The notes beneath the pieces were generated by a model. It saw only the letters and a list, made by a program, of their open reading frames with translations. It did not search any database and was not told the origin of the DNA. Of a stretch of DNA of 64,000 bases, positions 16,630 through 27,670 are shown in pieces. The DNA is from Squalus acanthias (Eukaryota): assembly GCA_030390025.1 (NCBI GenBank), contig CM059433.1, positions 29,204,001 through 29,268,000 on the forward strand, given 5' to 3'. Each line of letters begins with the position of its first letter. Position 1 is the first letter of the stretch. A program made the translations under genes and the position numbers.

Positions 16630-17250
16630 ATCTTTCGGGTCAATTAGGGTTAGAGGGTGGGAATAATGGAATCAATATGGGTAGGGGGAGGATGGGAAGG
16701 AGGAGGCAGATAGCAAGGGGAAAGGAGTCAAAAAGGAGAGGGAGGGGGAGAAGGGAAGCAGTCAAGGGATTAAAGAAAGGAAAGGAGGCAGGGATGGGGG
16801 CAGGGAGGTGGTGGAATAGGGAGGAAGGGGGACGAGGATGGGAAGGAGGAAAGTGTGAGGAAAGGGAAATGGAGAAGGAAGAAGTAGACGGTACAGAAAT
16901 TCACTCCATGTGAAGGGTAGCGGTTGCCAATAACTGGAAAATTCACCCAGTGGGAGGTGGGGGGTGGGCGGGGTGGGGGGGGGCTGGAATGCTGAGAAAG
17001 GGGAATTCAGATCAGCAGGGGTGGTGGGATGGAGGCATGGGACAGCTACCAGTCAGTGGGGGAGGAGTGGGGGGAGGCGCTGTGAATGGGAAATGCAATC
17101 GCTGGAGGGTTACTGTAAAAGAGCAAATGAGGGTAGGGTCGTAGTACATTCTGGAGGGTGCAGGGTGGATGGGGGTGGGGGGGTGGGGTGGAACTGCAGC
17201 CTGAGAGGGGTTGGTGGGATAAGGATTGGCAGCTCCCTGTGCGGGTTGAC
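16630..17250 (+). repeat. G/A-rich low-complexity tract
   Basis: Dense GGG/GGGG runs and strong purine bias on the + strand, with no coherent protein. Confidence 0.7.
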
Positions 17251-17649
17251 AGGGGAGATGCAGCTGACATCTAACATAATCACTGCCCATTTGGACTCTG
17301 TCTTCCAGCCATTGTCTGCCACTGCCCGGGGAGCTGAGCACTTGCTCATCGGTGATGGGGGGCCCCCCCGAAAATGTGATCAGTGAGGGAGGGGCAGAGG
17401 CTGAAAATGTTGCTCTGGCGGAGTGGGATTGGTGGGCAAATATTTCCTGCAGCCATCAGTATTAATTTCGGTTGCCATCTTTTCTGCTAAAAATGGACTT
17501 CTGCTGACATATTCTGCGATGCCACTTTCTATGCTTAGTTTGAGGATTCCCTTAATGTTCCATTTGGTCAATCATGCAACATTAACTGGTGTCCCAACCT
17601 TTCTAGTTCGTCACACACTGAAACACTGTCATCTACAGGTGCAGTACCA

Positions 17650-18070
17650 TTGGAAATCTGAGACCATTCACTGTCCCGAGACTTGAGCGCATAATCCAGG
17701 CTGACACTCCAATGCAGTACTGAGTGAGCGCTGCACTGTCGGTGGTGCCATCTTTCAGATGAGACGTTAAACAGAGGCCCTGTCTTCCCTCTCAGGTGCA
17801 TGTTAAAGATCCCTTGGCACAATTTCAAAGAAGAGCAGTGGAGTTCTCTCCGGTGTCTTGCATGAGCATTTGCCCCTCAACCAACACTTAAAAACAGATG
17901 ATCTGGTCATTATCTCATTGCTGTTGTGGGAGCTTGCTATGCGCAAAATGACTGCTGCGTTTCCTAAAATACCACAGTGTCTACACTTCAAAAGTACTTC
18001 ATTGGCTGTAAAATGCTTGGGGATGTCCTGAGGTCGTAAAAGGCGCTATATAAATGCAAGTTCTTTCTTT
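17650..18070 (+). mobile_element. Deu-domain tRNA-derived SINE (SacSINE1-like)
   Basis: Core GGTGCCATCTTTCAGATGAGACGTTAAAC...AAAGATCCC and 3' tail GGCGCTATATAAATGCAAG+TTCTTT; many copies in the window. Confidence 0.85.
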
Positions 18071-18469
18071 TAGTATATTAGAGATAGGGGAGGGATGAGT
18101 AAAGTGTTGGAGGAAGTAGCTGACACTTACACCAGGCGTGTACTATAGCTATGTCTTTTTTAATAATATTAAAGATAGCAAGATAGAGAACAGTTAAAAT
18201 TAGCAATGATGGCAAATTTGGACCAATATTCTTTGAACAGGTTTTGAATCGCTTGCCTAACCTGAGGCTGTGACTCATGCACAGATGCTGGTGATCTCTT
18301 TCCACTTGGCTACCGATGTAAAAGATGTAGCTCTCACTGTTGCCATTTTCATGTTTATTCATTAGGGCCAGGCTGAGATTTGCTTCACTCGGCATCAAGT
18401 AAAATTGGATTTTATTTCAACCTCACCTTCTTTGCAGCCCACAAATCCACATCTCTGAGGGGGTGGGGT

Positions 18470-18755
18470 TTCTTTCGGATGGGACGTTAAACTGAGGCCC
18501 GTCTGCCCTCTCAGGTGGAGGTAAAAGATCCCGTAGCACTATTTTAAAGAAGAGATGGGGAATTCTCCTGGTGTCTTGACCAATATTTATCCCTCAACCA
18601 ACATCACTAAAACAGATTATCTGGACGTTATCACATTGTTATTTGAGGGAGCTTGCTGTGCGCAAATTGGCTGCCGCGTTTCCTATGTTACAACACTGAC
18701 TACACTTCAAAAGTATTTCATTGGCTGTAAAGCACTTTGGGACTTCCTGAGGTTG
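18470..18755 (+). mobile_element. Deu-domain SINE (partial)
   Basis: Same core as 17650-18070, followed by a short second partial copy (about 18755-18810). Confidence 0.8.
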
Positions 18756-18809
18756 TAAACCGAGGCCCCGTCTGCCTTCACAGGTGGACATAAAAATATT
18801 CCATTGCCC

Positions 18810-21040
18810 AGGTGAATTGGAATCAAAAATTGGTAGGCAAAACAGTTGGAGGAGGAGATGCTTTGGGTACAGAGTAGACACATTCCCACGAGGAAAAAAG
18901 GAAGGGCATTCAAAGCCAGAACTCCCTGGGTGACTACAGGTATAGGGGGAGAAATTTGTTTTTGGGGCACCAACGTCGCCAGGCTGCTAATTTTAGCGCC
19001 CCGAAAAAGTTAGCACCCTGCGCCGTAAATTCAGTCGTCGTGCCCCAAGCTGGAGGTGGGGTACTACTGGAAGCGCTCCCCCTGCTTCCTGGGGCGCTAC
19101 AAGTGAATATCACGGTGCTACGTGCAACAGTGCCACGCGCGTCGGCATGTAGCGCCGCGTAATTGCAGGCCACCCTCCCCTGATTAAAGGGGAGGGGTCT
19201 AATGGCCCTGCTGGACCACCGGGGAGCGGGGTGCTGGGAAAACAGCCCGGCACTCAAGAGGAGTGCTGGGCTGAGCGATCCCGGCCGGCACCCCTAGGAA
19301 ATAAGGGGAAGGGGGCAGGTGCTGGCAGTCGGCCCAAAAAAATGGCCGCCCGACACCTGCCCTTTAAGTAGCGCCACGGCGGCTGCAAAAATGCCACCCT
19401 GACCCTGTCGGACATATCGTCCGATGATAGGTCAGGGGGCGCAACCTAAGGTTGCAGCCGGGGCGCGAGCGGGGCGCTGTGCACCGCGATGATGTCATCG
19501 CTGGCGGCGCAGCGCTGCGGGGCACTACCGGCTACCGCCGCTGTTAACCTCCCACTGAATTTCGCGGGAGGCGTTAGCGGCGCTGTGGCCGGGCGCTAGG
19601 GTCTTGCGCCCCGTTAGCGCCCCCCAGGGGTGCTAACGGGAGGCACAAAGCAACCCAATTTTTCCCCACATAGAGATGAAAATGAAGCAGAAAAAATGGC
19701 TTATGACAATTGTAAGGTTCATAATACAGTAGAAAACCAAGCAGAATATAGAAAGTACAGAGGAGATCTAAAAAAGGGAATGAGGGGTAAAGAGAGAGCA
19801 TGAGAATAGATTAGTGACTAACATGGGGGAACCCAAAAGATGTTTTATAAGCATATAACTAGTAAAAGGGTAGTCAAAGGAAGGGTGGGGCCGATTCGGG
19901 AAATAAAGGAGAACTTCTTGGAGGCAGAGGGCATGGCTGAGGTCATAAATGAATACTTCGCATCGATCTTCACTAGAGAAGAGGATGCTGCCAATTTAGC
20001 AGTAAAGGAGGAGATAGTGGTCATATTGGACAGGATAAAATTAGATAAAGAGGAGGTGCTTAAAAAGTTGGCCATCCTCAAAGTAGAAAAGTCACCTGGT
20101 TCAGATGGGATGCATCCTAGCTTACTGAGGGAAGTAAGGGTGGAAATTGCAGAGGCTTTGGCCACAATTTTCCAATACTCCTTGGATATGTGGGTGGTGC
20201 CAGAGGACTGGATGATTGCAAATGTTACACCCCTGTTTAAAACAGTGGAGAGGGATAAACCCGACAACTATAGACCAGTCAGCCTAACATCGGTGGTGGG
20301 AAACTTTTGGAGACAATAATCAAGAATAAAATGAATTGGCATTTTGAAAAGTATGGGCTAATCAATAAAATTCAGCACGGATTTGTGAAAGGCAAATCGT
20401 GTTTGACTAACTTGATTGAATTCTTTGATGAAGTAATGGGGAGGGTTGGTGAGGGTTGTGCAGTTGATGTTGTGTATCTGGGCTTTCAAAAAGCACTTGG
20501 CAAAGTACCACATAATAGACTTGTTAGCAAAATTAAAGCCCATGGGATTAAAGAGACACCGCGGATACAAAATTGGCTAATGGACAGAAAGCAGAGAGTA
20601 GTGGTAAACGGTTGTTTTTCAGACTGGATGGAAGTATACAGGGGTCGGTATTAGGACTACTGCCTTTTTAATATATATTAATGACCTGGACTTGGGTATA
20701 CAGGGAATCATTTCAAAGTTTTCTGATGACATGGAACTCGGAAATGTAATAAACAATGAGAAGGATTGTAACAGACTTCAGGAGGACATAGACAGGCTGG
20801 TGGAATGGGCAGACACATGGCAGATGAAATTTAACGCAGAGAAGTATGAAGTGATACATTTTGGTAGGAAGAATGAGGAGAGCCAATATAAACTAAACGG
20901 TACAATTTTAAAGAGGGTGCAGGAACAGAGAGACGTGGGGGTGTGCGTACACAAATCTTTGAAGGTGTTGAGAAGGCTGTTAAAAAAAAATATGGGATCC
21001 TTGGCTTTATAAATGGAGGCATAGAGTACAAAAGAAAGGA
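18810..21040 (+). mobile_element. Degraded CR1 LINE ORF2 (RT) fragment, interrupted by a MITE at 18945-19667
   Basis: Frameshifted ORFs with KSPGSDGMHP, PLFK..NYRPVSLTSVV, QHGFVKGKSCLTNL, SKFSDD and WQMKFN motifs. Confidence 0.9.
18945..19667. mobile_element. Non-autonomous Harbinger-type MITE
   Basis: Ends GGGGGAGAAATT...AATTTTTCCCC resemble the TIRs of the element at 39514. GC-rich, with TTAGCGCC subterminal motifs. TSD ambiguous (ATA vs ACA). Confidence 0.8.
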
Positions 21041-22335
21041 ACATAAGAATTAGGAGCAGGAATAGGCCATGCGGCCCCTCGAGCCTGCTCCGCCATTCAA
21101 TAAGATCACAGCTGATCTTTGACCTCAACTCCACTTCCCCGCCCGATCCCCATATCTCTTGAGTCCAAAAATGTATCTATCTCTGCCTTGAATATATTCA
21201 ATCACTGAGCATCCACAGCCCTTTGGGGCAGAGAATTCCAAAGATTCACAACCCTCTGAGTGAAGAAATTTCTCCTCATCTCAGTCTTAAAAGGCGACCC
21301 CTTATCCTGAGACTATGCCCCCTAGTTCTAGACTCTCCAACCAGGGGAAACAATGGCCCAGAAATTAAACATCAATGGTTCCCGCGGGGGTAAGGATTCC
21401 CCGCGATATCGCACTCCGCGCCTACCTTTTTGTTTCGGGCCCACACGAACTTCAGTTTCAGGGCCTCTCCCCGTTGCCAGCGTGCAGTGCTTGCATGTCC
21501 AAGAGGCGCAATTAGTTTGTGCGAGCTCTGGGATCACGTGATTCAGTTAGAGCCAATGGCAGCACACCATCTTTCATTCATAGTTTTGACAGCAAGGGCT
21601 GTCAAAGCTATGAATACTACAAGCCCCCAAAAGAACAGCTAAACCTCAATTAAATTTTAAAAAAGCCATCACATTAATAAAATAACTATAGTTAAATAAA
21701 TTAACCACTTTAAACAAAAATTAAATTTTTGAAAAAATTTAAAATCTTTTTAAAAGTTATAAAAATAAACTTACCTTTCTTTAAAGTCTCTAAAAAAGAT
21801 AAACCTGTTGAAATTTTTTTTAAATAACACTTAATTAACTACTTACCTTGTTAAAAGGGGGTCCTACGCCTGCTTTCTTTATGTGTAAAATCTTCACCAC
21901 TTACCTGCGCGTTCAAACCTGAAAAAAAAACTAAGTGCACTGCGTGCGCACAACCTGTAGTGCGCATGCGGTTCACTTAGGAACCGCCCCCTTTGCAATA
22001 CACGAAGTGCCGGTTTCCCGCGCATGCGCAGTGCATGCAGGAAACCGGCAATTCGGGACCTAATACGCGAGAGTACACAGTGCGTACTCTCGCGTATTAG
22101 GTCTAATTTTCGGGCCATTCTCTCAGCATCTACCCTGTCAATCCCCCTCAGAATCTTATATGTTTCAATGAGATCACCTCTCATTCTTCTAAACTTCAGA
22201 GAGTATAGGCCCAATCTACTCAATCTCTCCTCATAGGGCAGCCCTCTCATCCCAGGGTTCAATCTAGAGAACCTTTGTTGCGCTGCCTCTAAGGCAAGTA
22301 TATCCTTTCTTAGGTAAGGAGACCAAAACTGTGCA
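21041..22335 (-). mobile_element. CR1 LINE 3' end, interrupted by a MITE
   Basis: PGMRGLPYEERLSRLGLYSL..RRMRGDLIETYKI ORF2 C-terminus, 3'UTR and TTCTTATG tail on the minus strand. Confidence 0.9.
21355..22116. mobile_element. MITE of a second Harbinger-like family (TIR GGCCC[AG/GA]AAATTA)
   Basis: GGCCCAGAAATTA...TAATTTTCGGGCC termini, flanks AAT/ATT. The CR1 sequence is continuous across the insertion. AT-rich core with hairpin-rich ends. Confidence 0.8.
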
Positions 22336-22361
22336 GAAAACAGGAAGTAATGATAAACGTT

Positions 22362-22495
22362 ACTGTTTGCAAATTGGCTGCTGTGTTTCTTACATTACAA
22401 CAGTAACTACACTTCAAAAGTACGTGATTTCTTCTAAAGTGCATTGGGACATCTTGAGGCTGTGAAAGGCACTATATAAATGCAAGTCTCTCTCT
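22362..22495 (+). mobile_element. Deu-domain SINE 3' part
   Basis: CAAATTGGCTGC...ACACTTCAAAAGTAC...GGCACTATATAAATGCAAG. Confidence 0.75.
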
Positions 22496-22670
22496 CGCTG
22501 TCTCTCACCTAGTAAAGCAAAGGAAAATCCAGCCCAATGACTCCAATTGGACTTTTTCAGTCAAGTACTCTCACGTTAATTGCTTTCTTTGTCCTCCCTC
22601 AACCCCCAAAAACGTGCTCACGTTCTGCATTATAGGAGTTACCATTGCCTCCAGGGCCTAGTGTGAAAAT

Positions 22671-23125
22671 CATAAGAACATAAGAACATAAGAAATAGGA
22701 GCAGGAGTAGGCCAATCGGCCCTTCGAGCCTGCTCCGCCATTCAATAAGATCATGGCTGATCTGATCCTTACCTCAAATCTAAAGAACACAAGAAGTAGG
22801 AGCAGGACCCGGCCACTCAGCCCCTGGGCCCGCTATGCCACCCACAGGGCCTCGACCGATCCGAACTCAGCCTCATGTCCAATTTCCTGCCCGCTCCCCG
22901 TAACCCCTAATTCCATTTACTTCTAGGAAACTGTCTATTTCTGTTTTAAATTTATTTAATGATGTAGCTTCCACAGCTTCCTGGGGCAGCAAATTCCACA
23001 GACCTACTATCCTCTGAGTGAAGAAGTTTCTCCTCATCTCAGTTTTGAAAGAGCAGCCCCTTATTCTAAGATTATGCCCCCTAGTTCTAGTTTCAACCAT
23101 CCTTGGGAACATCCTTACCGCATCC
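22671..23125 (-). mobile_element. CR1 LINE 3' end
   Basis: RTRGHNLRIRG..FKTEMRRNFFTQR C-terminus and (TTCTTATG)n tail. Confidence 0.9.
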
Positions 23126-23148
23126 ATAATTTGTTGTCTTATATGCAT

Positions 23149-23411
23149 GGGGGTGCCAACCCTCCAGGATTGTCCTGGAGTCTTCAGGAATTGAAGTTTA
23201 ATCTCCTGGACACTGCTGTGAGCAACCCAGGAGAAAAAACATAGGGAAATTATAAAATTATGTGCTTTATCTTTTTTCTTTGAACATTTTCATATATTGG
23301 TTATAAAAATATTGTAGATGGGAAAAAGACTGTTTGAGTGGGCAAGGCAGTTGGAGGCGGGAGGTCATGTGATGAAACCTCCAGGAAATTATCCAACCAG
23401 AGTTGGCAACG
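23149..23411. mobile_element. Short non-autonomous DNA transposon (GGGTTGCCAAC-type TIR, hAT-like)
   Basis: GGGTGCCAAC...GTTGGCAAC inverted ends. Related sequence at about 24815-24925, 30110-30220 and 31820-32193. Superfamily assignment is tentative. Confidence 0.55.
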
Positions 23412-23811
23412 CACCGCAAATGTTGTTCATTCTACAGCTGTGTTATTGAACTGTTATATTGGCTAAGTGGCTTGTTAGCTACTTGAGAAATATTTAAGCA
23501 TTATTATTACAGGTCTGTTGTGATTGGCTGTTTTAATTTCATTCCCACTGATAAAATTAAGTCCTGTGAAATTGTTTACTTCAGAACTGTGTGTTCCCAG
23601 AATTTCACGAGTGGGGGCGAATATTTCAAAGAAAAATCACAATTTTACCTAATGTAGCCCATTATTGTCACTGAAGTCAAGGACATTTCAAAATAGCACA
23701 AATACTTTAGGACGATCAGAAGCTTGTCGATGACTTAAACAACTCAACATAAAATATCTTTTCCTTTAAATTGTTATTCCTCCACCAATTTTCTCTCCTT
23801 TTTTTTCCCCG

Positions 23812-24297
23812 TTAAGGAACATTAGGAACAGAAGTAGGCCATTCAGCTCCTCAAGCCTGTTCCACCATTCAGTTAGATCATGGCTGATCTGTCCCTCAAC
23901 TTTATTTACCCACCTTTTCTCTATGTCCCTCGATACCCTTACCTAACAAAAATCTATCCATCCCAGTCTTGAAAGCTCCAATTGTCCCCCAGCATCCACA
24001 AACTTTTGGGGGAGAGAGTTCCAGATTTCCTCTACCCTTTGTGTGAATAAATGCTTCCTGACATCACCCCTGAACGGCCTAACTCTAATGTTAAAATTAT
24101 GTCCCCTTGTTCTTGATTCCCCCACCAGAGGAAATAGTTTCTCTGTATCTGCCCTATCGAATTCTTTTAAAATTCTAAACACCTCGATCAGATCACCTCT
24201 CGATCTTCTAAACTCGAGGGAATACAAGCCATGTTTATGCAACCTGTCCTCATAATTTAACCCTCTAAGCCCTGGTATCAATCTGGCGAATCTGCAG
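23812..24297 (-). mobile_element. CR1 LINE 3' end
   Basis: RLIPGLRGLNYEDRL..RGDLIEVFRI..RTRGHN..FTQRVEEIWNSLP. Confidence 0.9.
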
Positions 24298-25027
24298 CTT
24301 GTTAATGGGATACCATTCCACAGGTGCTGATCACCTTCCGCTACCTTGCTCGCATGGCCATTTTTCATGTGTAAGCCTTGACAATGTGTATTGGCAGGCT
24401 ATTTAATCAAGGGAGGATCATGGCTGAGTCTGATCCTGATCCCGCCCTTGGCCAAAGTCCACACAATTCCAGCCAGGGTGGCCAGATAACAATGGAGAGT
24501 GGGAACCCTAGCTGATTCTCTATTCCCTAGCCTAGGGAAAATGAGGCTAATTGCCACACCCTACCGATACCCAAGCTGATATCAGCCAACTTAGCGTAGA
24601 CCGCGAATCAAACCCTGGGACCTTCTTTATCTGTGTACCTCAGCTACTCTCTGTATAATCTAGTTGTGCTATTAGAGGAGCCTACAAAAACTTCTGTGAC
24701 AACCCTCCACTTCAGAAGTGGCCTGGGACCAGTGGCTGCCTCTTCCTCCTCCTTCATGGAAGCGCATATTGAAGCACTGGTGGCAGGGACAGATTAAACA
24801 GAACCCTTCATATGAGGTTGCCAACCCTCCAGGAATGTCTTGGAGACTCCAGGAATTAAAGATTAATCTCCTGTACACTGCCGCGAGCAACACCCGGAAG
24901 AAAAATCATCGGGCATTTAAAAAATAGTATGATAGCAAAATACTGCAGATGCTGGAAATCCGAAATAACAACAGAAAACGCTGGAAAAACTCAGCAGGCC
25001 AGGCAGCATCCGTGGAGAGAGAAACAG

Positions 25028-25064
25028 AGTTAACGTTTCAGGTCGAAGACCTTTCGTCAGAACT
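25028..25064 (-). ncRNA. Minimal type-I hammerhead ribozyme motif
   Basis: Minus strand reads AGTT-CTGACGA-A-AGGTC-TTC-GACCT-GAAA-CG-TT-AACT. It has the core boxes, a 5-bp stem II, a 4-bp stem I and a palindromic ACGT in place of stem III. Confidence 0.72.
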
Positions 25065-25343
25065 GGAAATAGCAGGAAATGAAATAGATTTAAGGCAAGG
25101 ACAAAGCTGGGAAAAGGGGGCGGGGATGAAAGAACAAAAGGAGAGATTAAGAGACATTAAGAGACATTAAGAGATGATCAAGGCAAGAGGTGGTGTTAAT
25201 GTGACAGGTTGAGGCTAAAAGAAGTGTGAAATGCACTGGCAGAAATGAAGGACAGCTGCCAGCTTCTAGGAGGGAAAAAAAGGGGGAGGGGCAAACAAAA
25301 GGGTGGATGAAAAAATAAAATATAAATGTGAAAGGGGCTGAGG

Positions 25344-26573
25344 TTATGATCTAAAATTGTTGAACTCGATATTGAGTCCAGAGGGCTGTAGCGTGCCTAA
25401 ACGAAAGATGAGGTGCTGTTCCTCGAGCTTACGCTGCGCTTCCGTGGAACAGTGTAATAGGCCGAGGACGGTGAGGTCAGAGTGGGAGTGGAGAGGTGAA
25501 TTAAAGTGACAGGTGACCGGGAGCTCGGGGTCCCCCTTACGGACTGAACGGAGGTGTTCCGCAAAGCGGTCACCCAATCTGCGTTTGGTCTCCCCAATGT
25601 AGAGGAGACCACATCGTGAGCAGCGAATACAGTATACTAAATTGCAGGAAGTACAAGTAAATCGCTGTTTCACCTGGAAGGGGTGTTTGGGGCCCTGGAC
25701 AGTGGGAAGAGGGGAGGGAAAAGGGCATGTGTTGCATCTCCTGCGCTTGCACGGGAAGGTGCCGGGCAAAGGGGAAGGGGTGCTGGGGGTGGTAGAGGAG
25801 TGGACTAGGGTGTCGCGGAGGGAGTGGTCCCTGCGGAATGCTGAAAGGGGAGGTGAGGAGAAGATGCGTTTGGTGGTGGGATCACGCTGGAGGTGGCGGA
25901 AATGGCGGAGGATGATCCATTGAATGTGGAGACTGGTGGGGTGAAAGGTGAGGACAAGGGGAATTCTATCGTGGTTCCGGGAAGGAGGGGCAGGGGTGAG
26001 GGCAGAAGTGCGGGAGATAGAACGGACACGGTCGAGGGCCGTGTCAACCACGGTAGAGGGGAATCCTCGGTTGAGGAAAAAGGAAGACATGTCGGAAGCA
26101 CTGGTATGGAAGGTGGCATCATCAGAGCAGATGCGGCGGAGACGGAGAAACTGGGAGAATGGAATAGAGTCCTTACAGGAGGCGGGGTGGGAGGAAGTGT
26201 AGTCCAGGTAGCTGTGGGAGTCAGTGGGCTTGTAGTGAATGTTAGTCAATAACCTATCCCCAGAGATGGAGACGGAGAAGTCGAGGAAGGGAAGGGAAGA
26301 GTCGGAGATGGACCATGTGAAGGTGAGGGAAGGGTGGAAATTGGAAGCATAGTGAATGAAATGTTCTAGTTCAGGGCGAGAGCAGGAGACGGCACCGATA
26401 CAGTCATCAATGTACCGGAAAAAGAGGTAAGGGAGGGGACCCGAGTAGGACTGGAACAAAGAGTGTTCCACATATCCCACGAAAAGGCAGGCATAGCTAG
26501 GACCCATGCGGGTACCCATAGCAACACCTTTAATTTGGAGGAAATGGGTGGAGTCAAAGGAGAAGTTGTTCAA
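25344..26573 (-). CDS. Penelope-like RT C-terminal half plus GIY-YIG endonuclease (N-terminally truncated, open frame)
   Basis: QIKGVAMGTRMGPSYA and FRYIDD RT motifs; NLVYCIRCSRCGLLYIGETKR..RFAEH GIY-YIG motif; ends GLNIEFNNFRS*. Confidence 0.88.
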   Translation of the reverse strand: MNNFSFDSTHFLQIKGVAMGTRMGPSYACLFVGYVEHSLFQSYSGPLPYLFFRYIDDCIGAVSCSRPELEHFIHYASNFHPSLTFTWSISDSSLPFLDFSVSISGDRLLTNIHYKPTDSHSYLDYTSSHPASCKDSIPFSQFLRLRRICSDDATFHTSASDMSSFFLNRGFPSTVVDTALDRVRSISRTSALTPAPPSRNHDRIPLVLTFHPTSLHIQWIILRHFRHLQRDPTTKRIFSSPPLSAFRRDHSLRDTLVHSSTTPSTPSPLPGTFPCKRRRCNTCPFPSPLPTVQGPKHPFQVKQRFTCTSCNLVYCIRCSRCGLLYIGETKRRLGDRFAEHLRSVRKGDPELPVTCHFNSPLHSHSDLTVLGLLHCSTEAQRKLEEQHLIFRLGTLQPSGLNIEFNNFRS

Positions 26574-26679
26574 TGTGAGAACAAGTTCAGCCAGGCGGAG
26601 GAGGGTGGTGGTGGATAGGGACTGTAAAATAGTATGTTTTTGTCATTTTCTTTTATTATTAGTTGTAAAAATATTGGAG

Positions 26680-27578
26680 ATGGGACCACACCTTGAGTAT
26701 TGTGTGCAGTTTTGGTCGCCTTATCTGAGGAAGGATGTTCTTGCCATGGAGGGAGTGCAGCGAAGATTCACCAGACTGATACCTGGGATGGCAGGAATGA
26801 CGTATGAAGAGAGATTGGGTCGATTGGGCTTGTATTCGCTAGAGTTTAGAAGAATGAGAGGGGATCTCATTGAAACTTATAAAATTCTAACAGGACTAGA
26901 CAGACTAGATGCAGGAAGGATGTTCCCGATGGCGGGGGCGTCCAGAACCAGGGGTCACAGTCTAAGGATAAGGGGTAAGCCATTTAGGACTGAGATGAGG
27001 AGGAATTTCTTCACCCAGAGAGTGGTGAACCTGTGGAATTCTCTACCACAGAAGACAGTTGAGTCCAATTCATTAAATATATTCAAGAAGGAGTTAGATA
27101 TATTTCTTAAGGCTAAGGGGATCAAGGGATATGGGGAGATAGCAGGGATAGGGTACTGAATTTGGATGATCAGCCATGATCGCATTCACAGAAATCACAG
27201 AATCCCCACAGTGCAGATAGAGGCCATTTTGGCCCATCGAGCCTGCACCAACACATATCCCACCCTATCCCCGTAACCCCACGTATTTAATCCCCCCTAA
27301 CACTAAGGGTCAATTTATCATAGCCAAATCAACCTAACCCGCACATCTTTGGACTGTGGGAGGAAACCGGAGCACCCGGAGGAAACCCACGCAGACACGG
27401 GGAGAATGTGCAAACTCCACACAGACAGTCACCTGAGTCCGGATTCGAACCCGGATCCCTGGCGCTGTGAGGCAACAGTGCTAACCACTATGCCACCGTG
27501 TTGCCCCATTGAATGGCGGAGCAGGCTCAAGGGGCCGAATGGCCTACTCCTGCTCCTATCTTCTATGTTTCTATGTTT
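26680..27578 (+). mobile_element. CR1 LINE 3' end with nested V-SINE
   Basis: PHLEYCVQFWSPY..RRFTRLIPGM..RNFFTQRVVNLWNSLP, 3'UTR and TTTCTATG tail. Confidence 0.93.
27187..27506 (-). mobile_element. HE1-like V-SINE
   Basis: tRNA-like head (GTGGTTAGCACTG..GGGTTCGAATCC), V-domain (TGTGTGGAGTTTGCACATTCTCCCCGTGTCTGCGTGGGTTTCCTCCGGGTGCTCCGG), CR1-like tail, flanked by CATT direct repeats. Confidence 0.9.
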
Positions 27579-27670
27579 AAAAGGGCAGTTTGACTGACAG
27601 CAATTTTCCCCCTAAATTTTTTTTGGGTGCGCAGTCCCCTTAACAGATTGCGTGACCTTCCGGAAGGTCA

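Larger units (their letters stand above)
24930..26622 (-). mobile_element. Penelope-like retroelement, 5'-truncated
   Basis: RT plus GIY-YIG ORF, followed by a 3' terminal region containing a hammerhead-like motif. Confidence 0.92.

Noticed and set aside
16209..17386. Gly/Arg-rich ORFs
   Set aside because: Chimeras of G-rich low-complexity DNA and an L2 fragment.
27430..27506. tRNA gene
   Set aside because: The A/B-box region is the head of a V-SINE; the same applies to the Deu-SINE heads.
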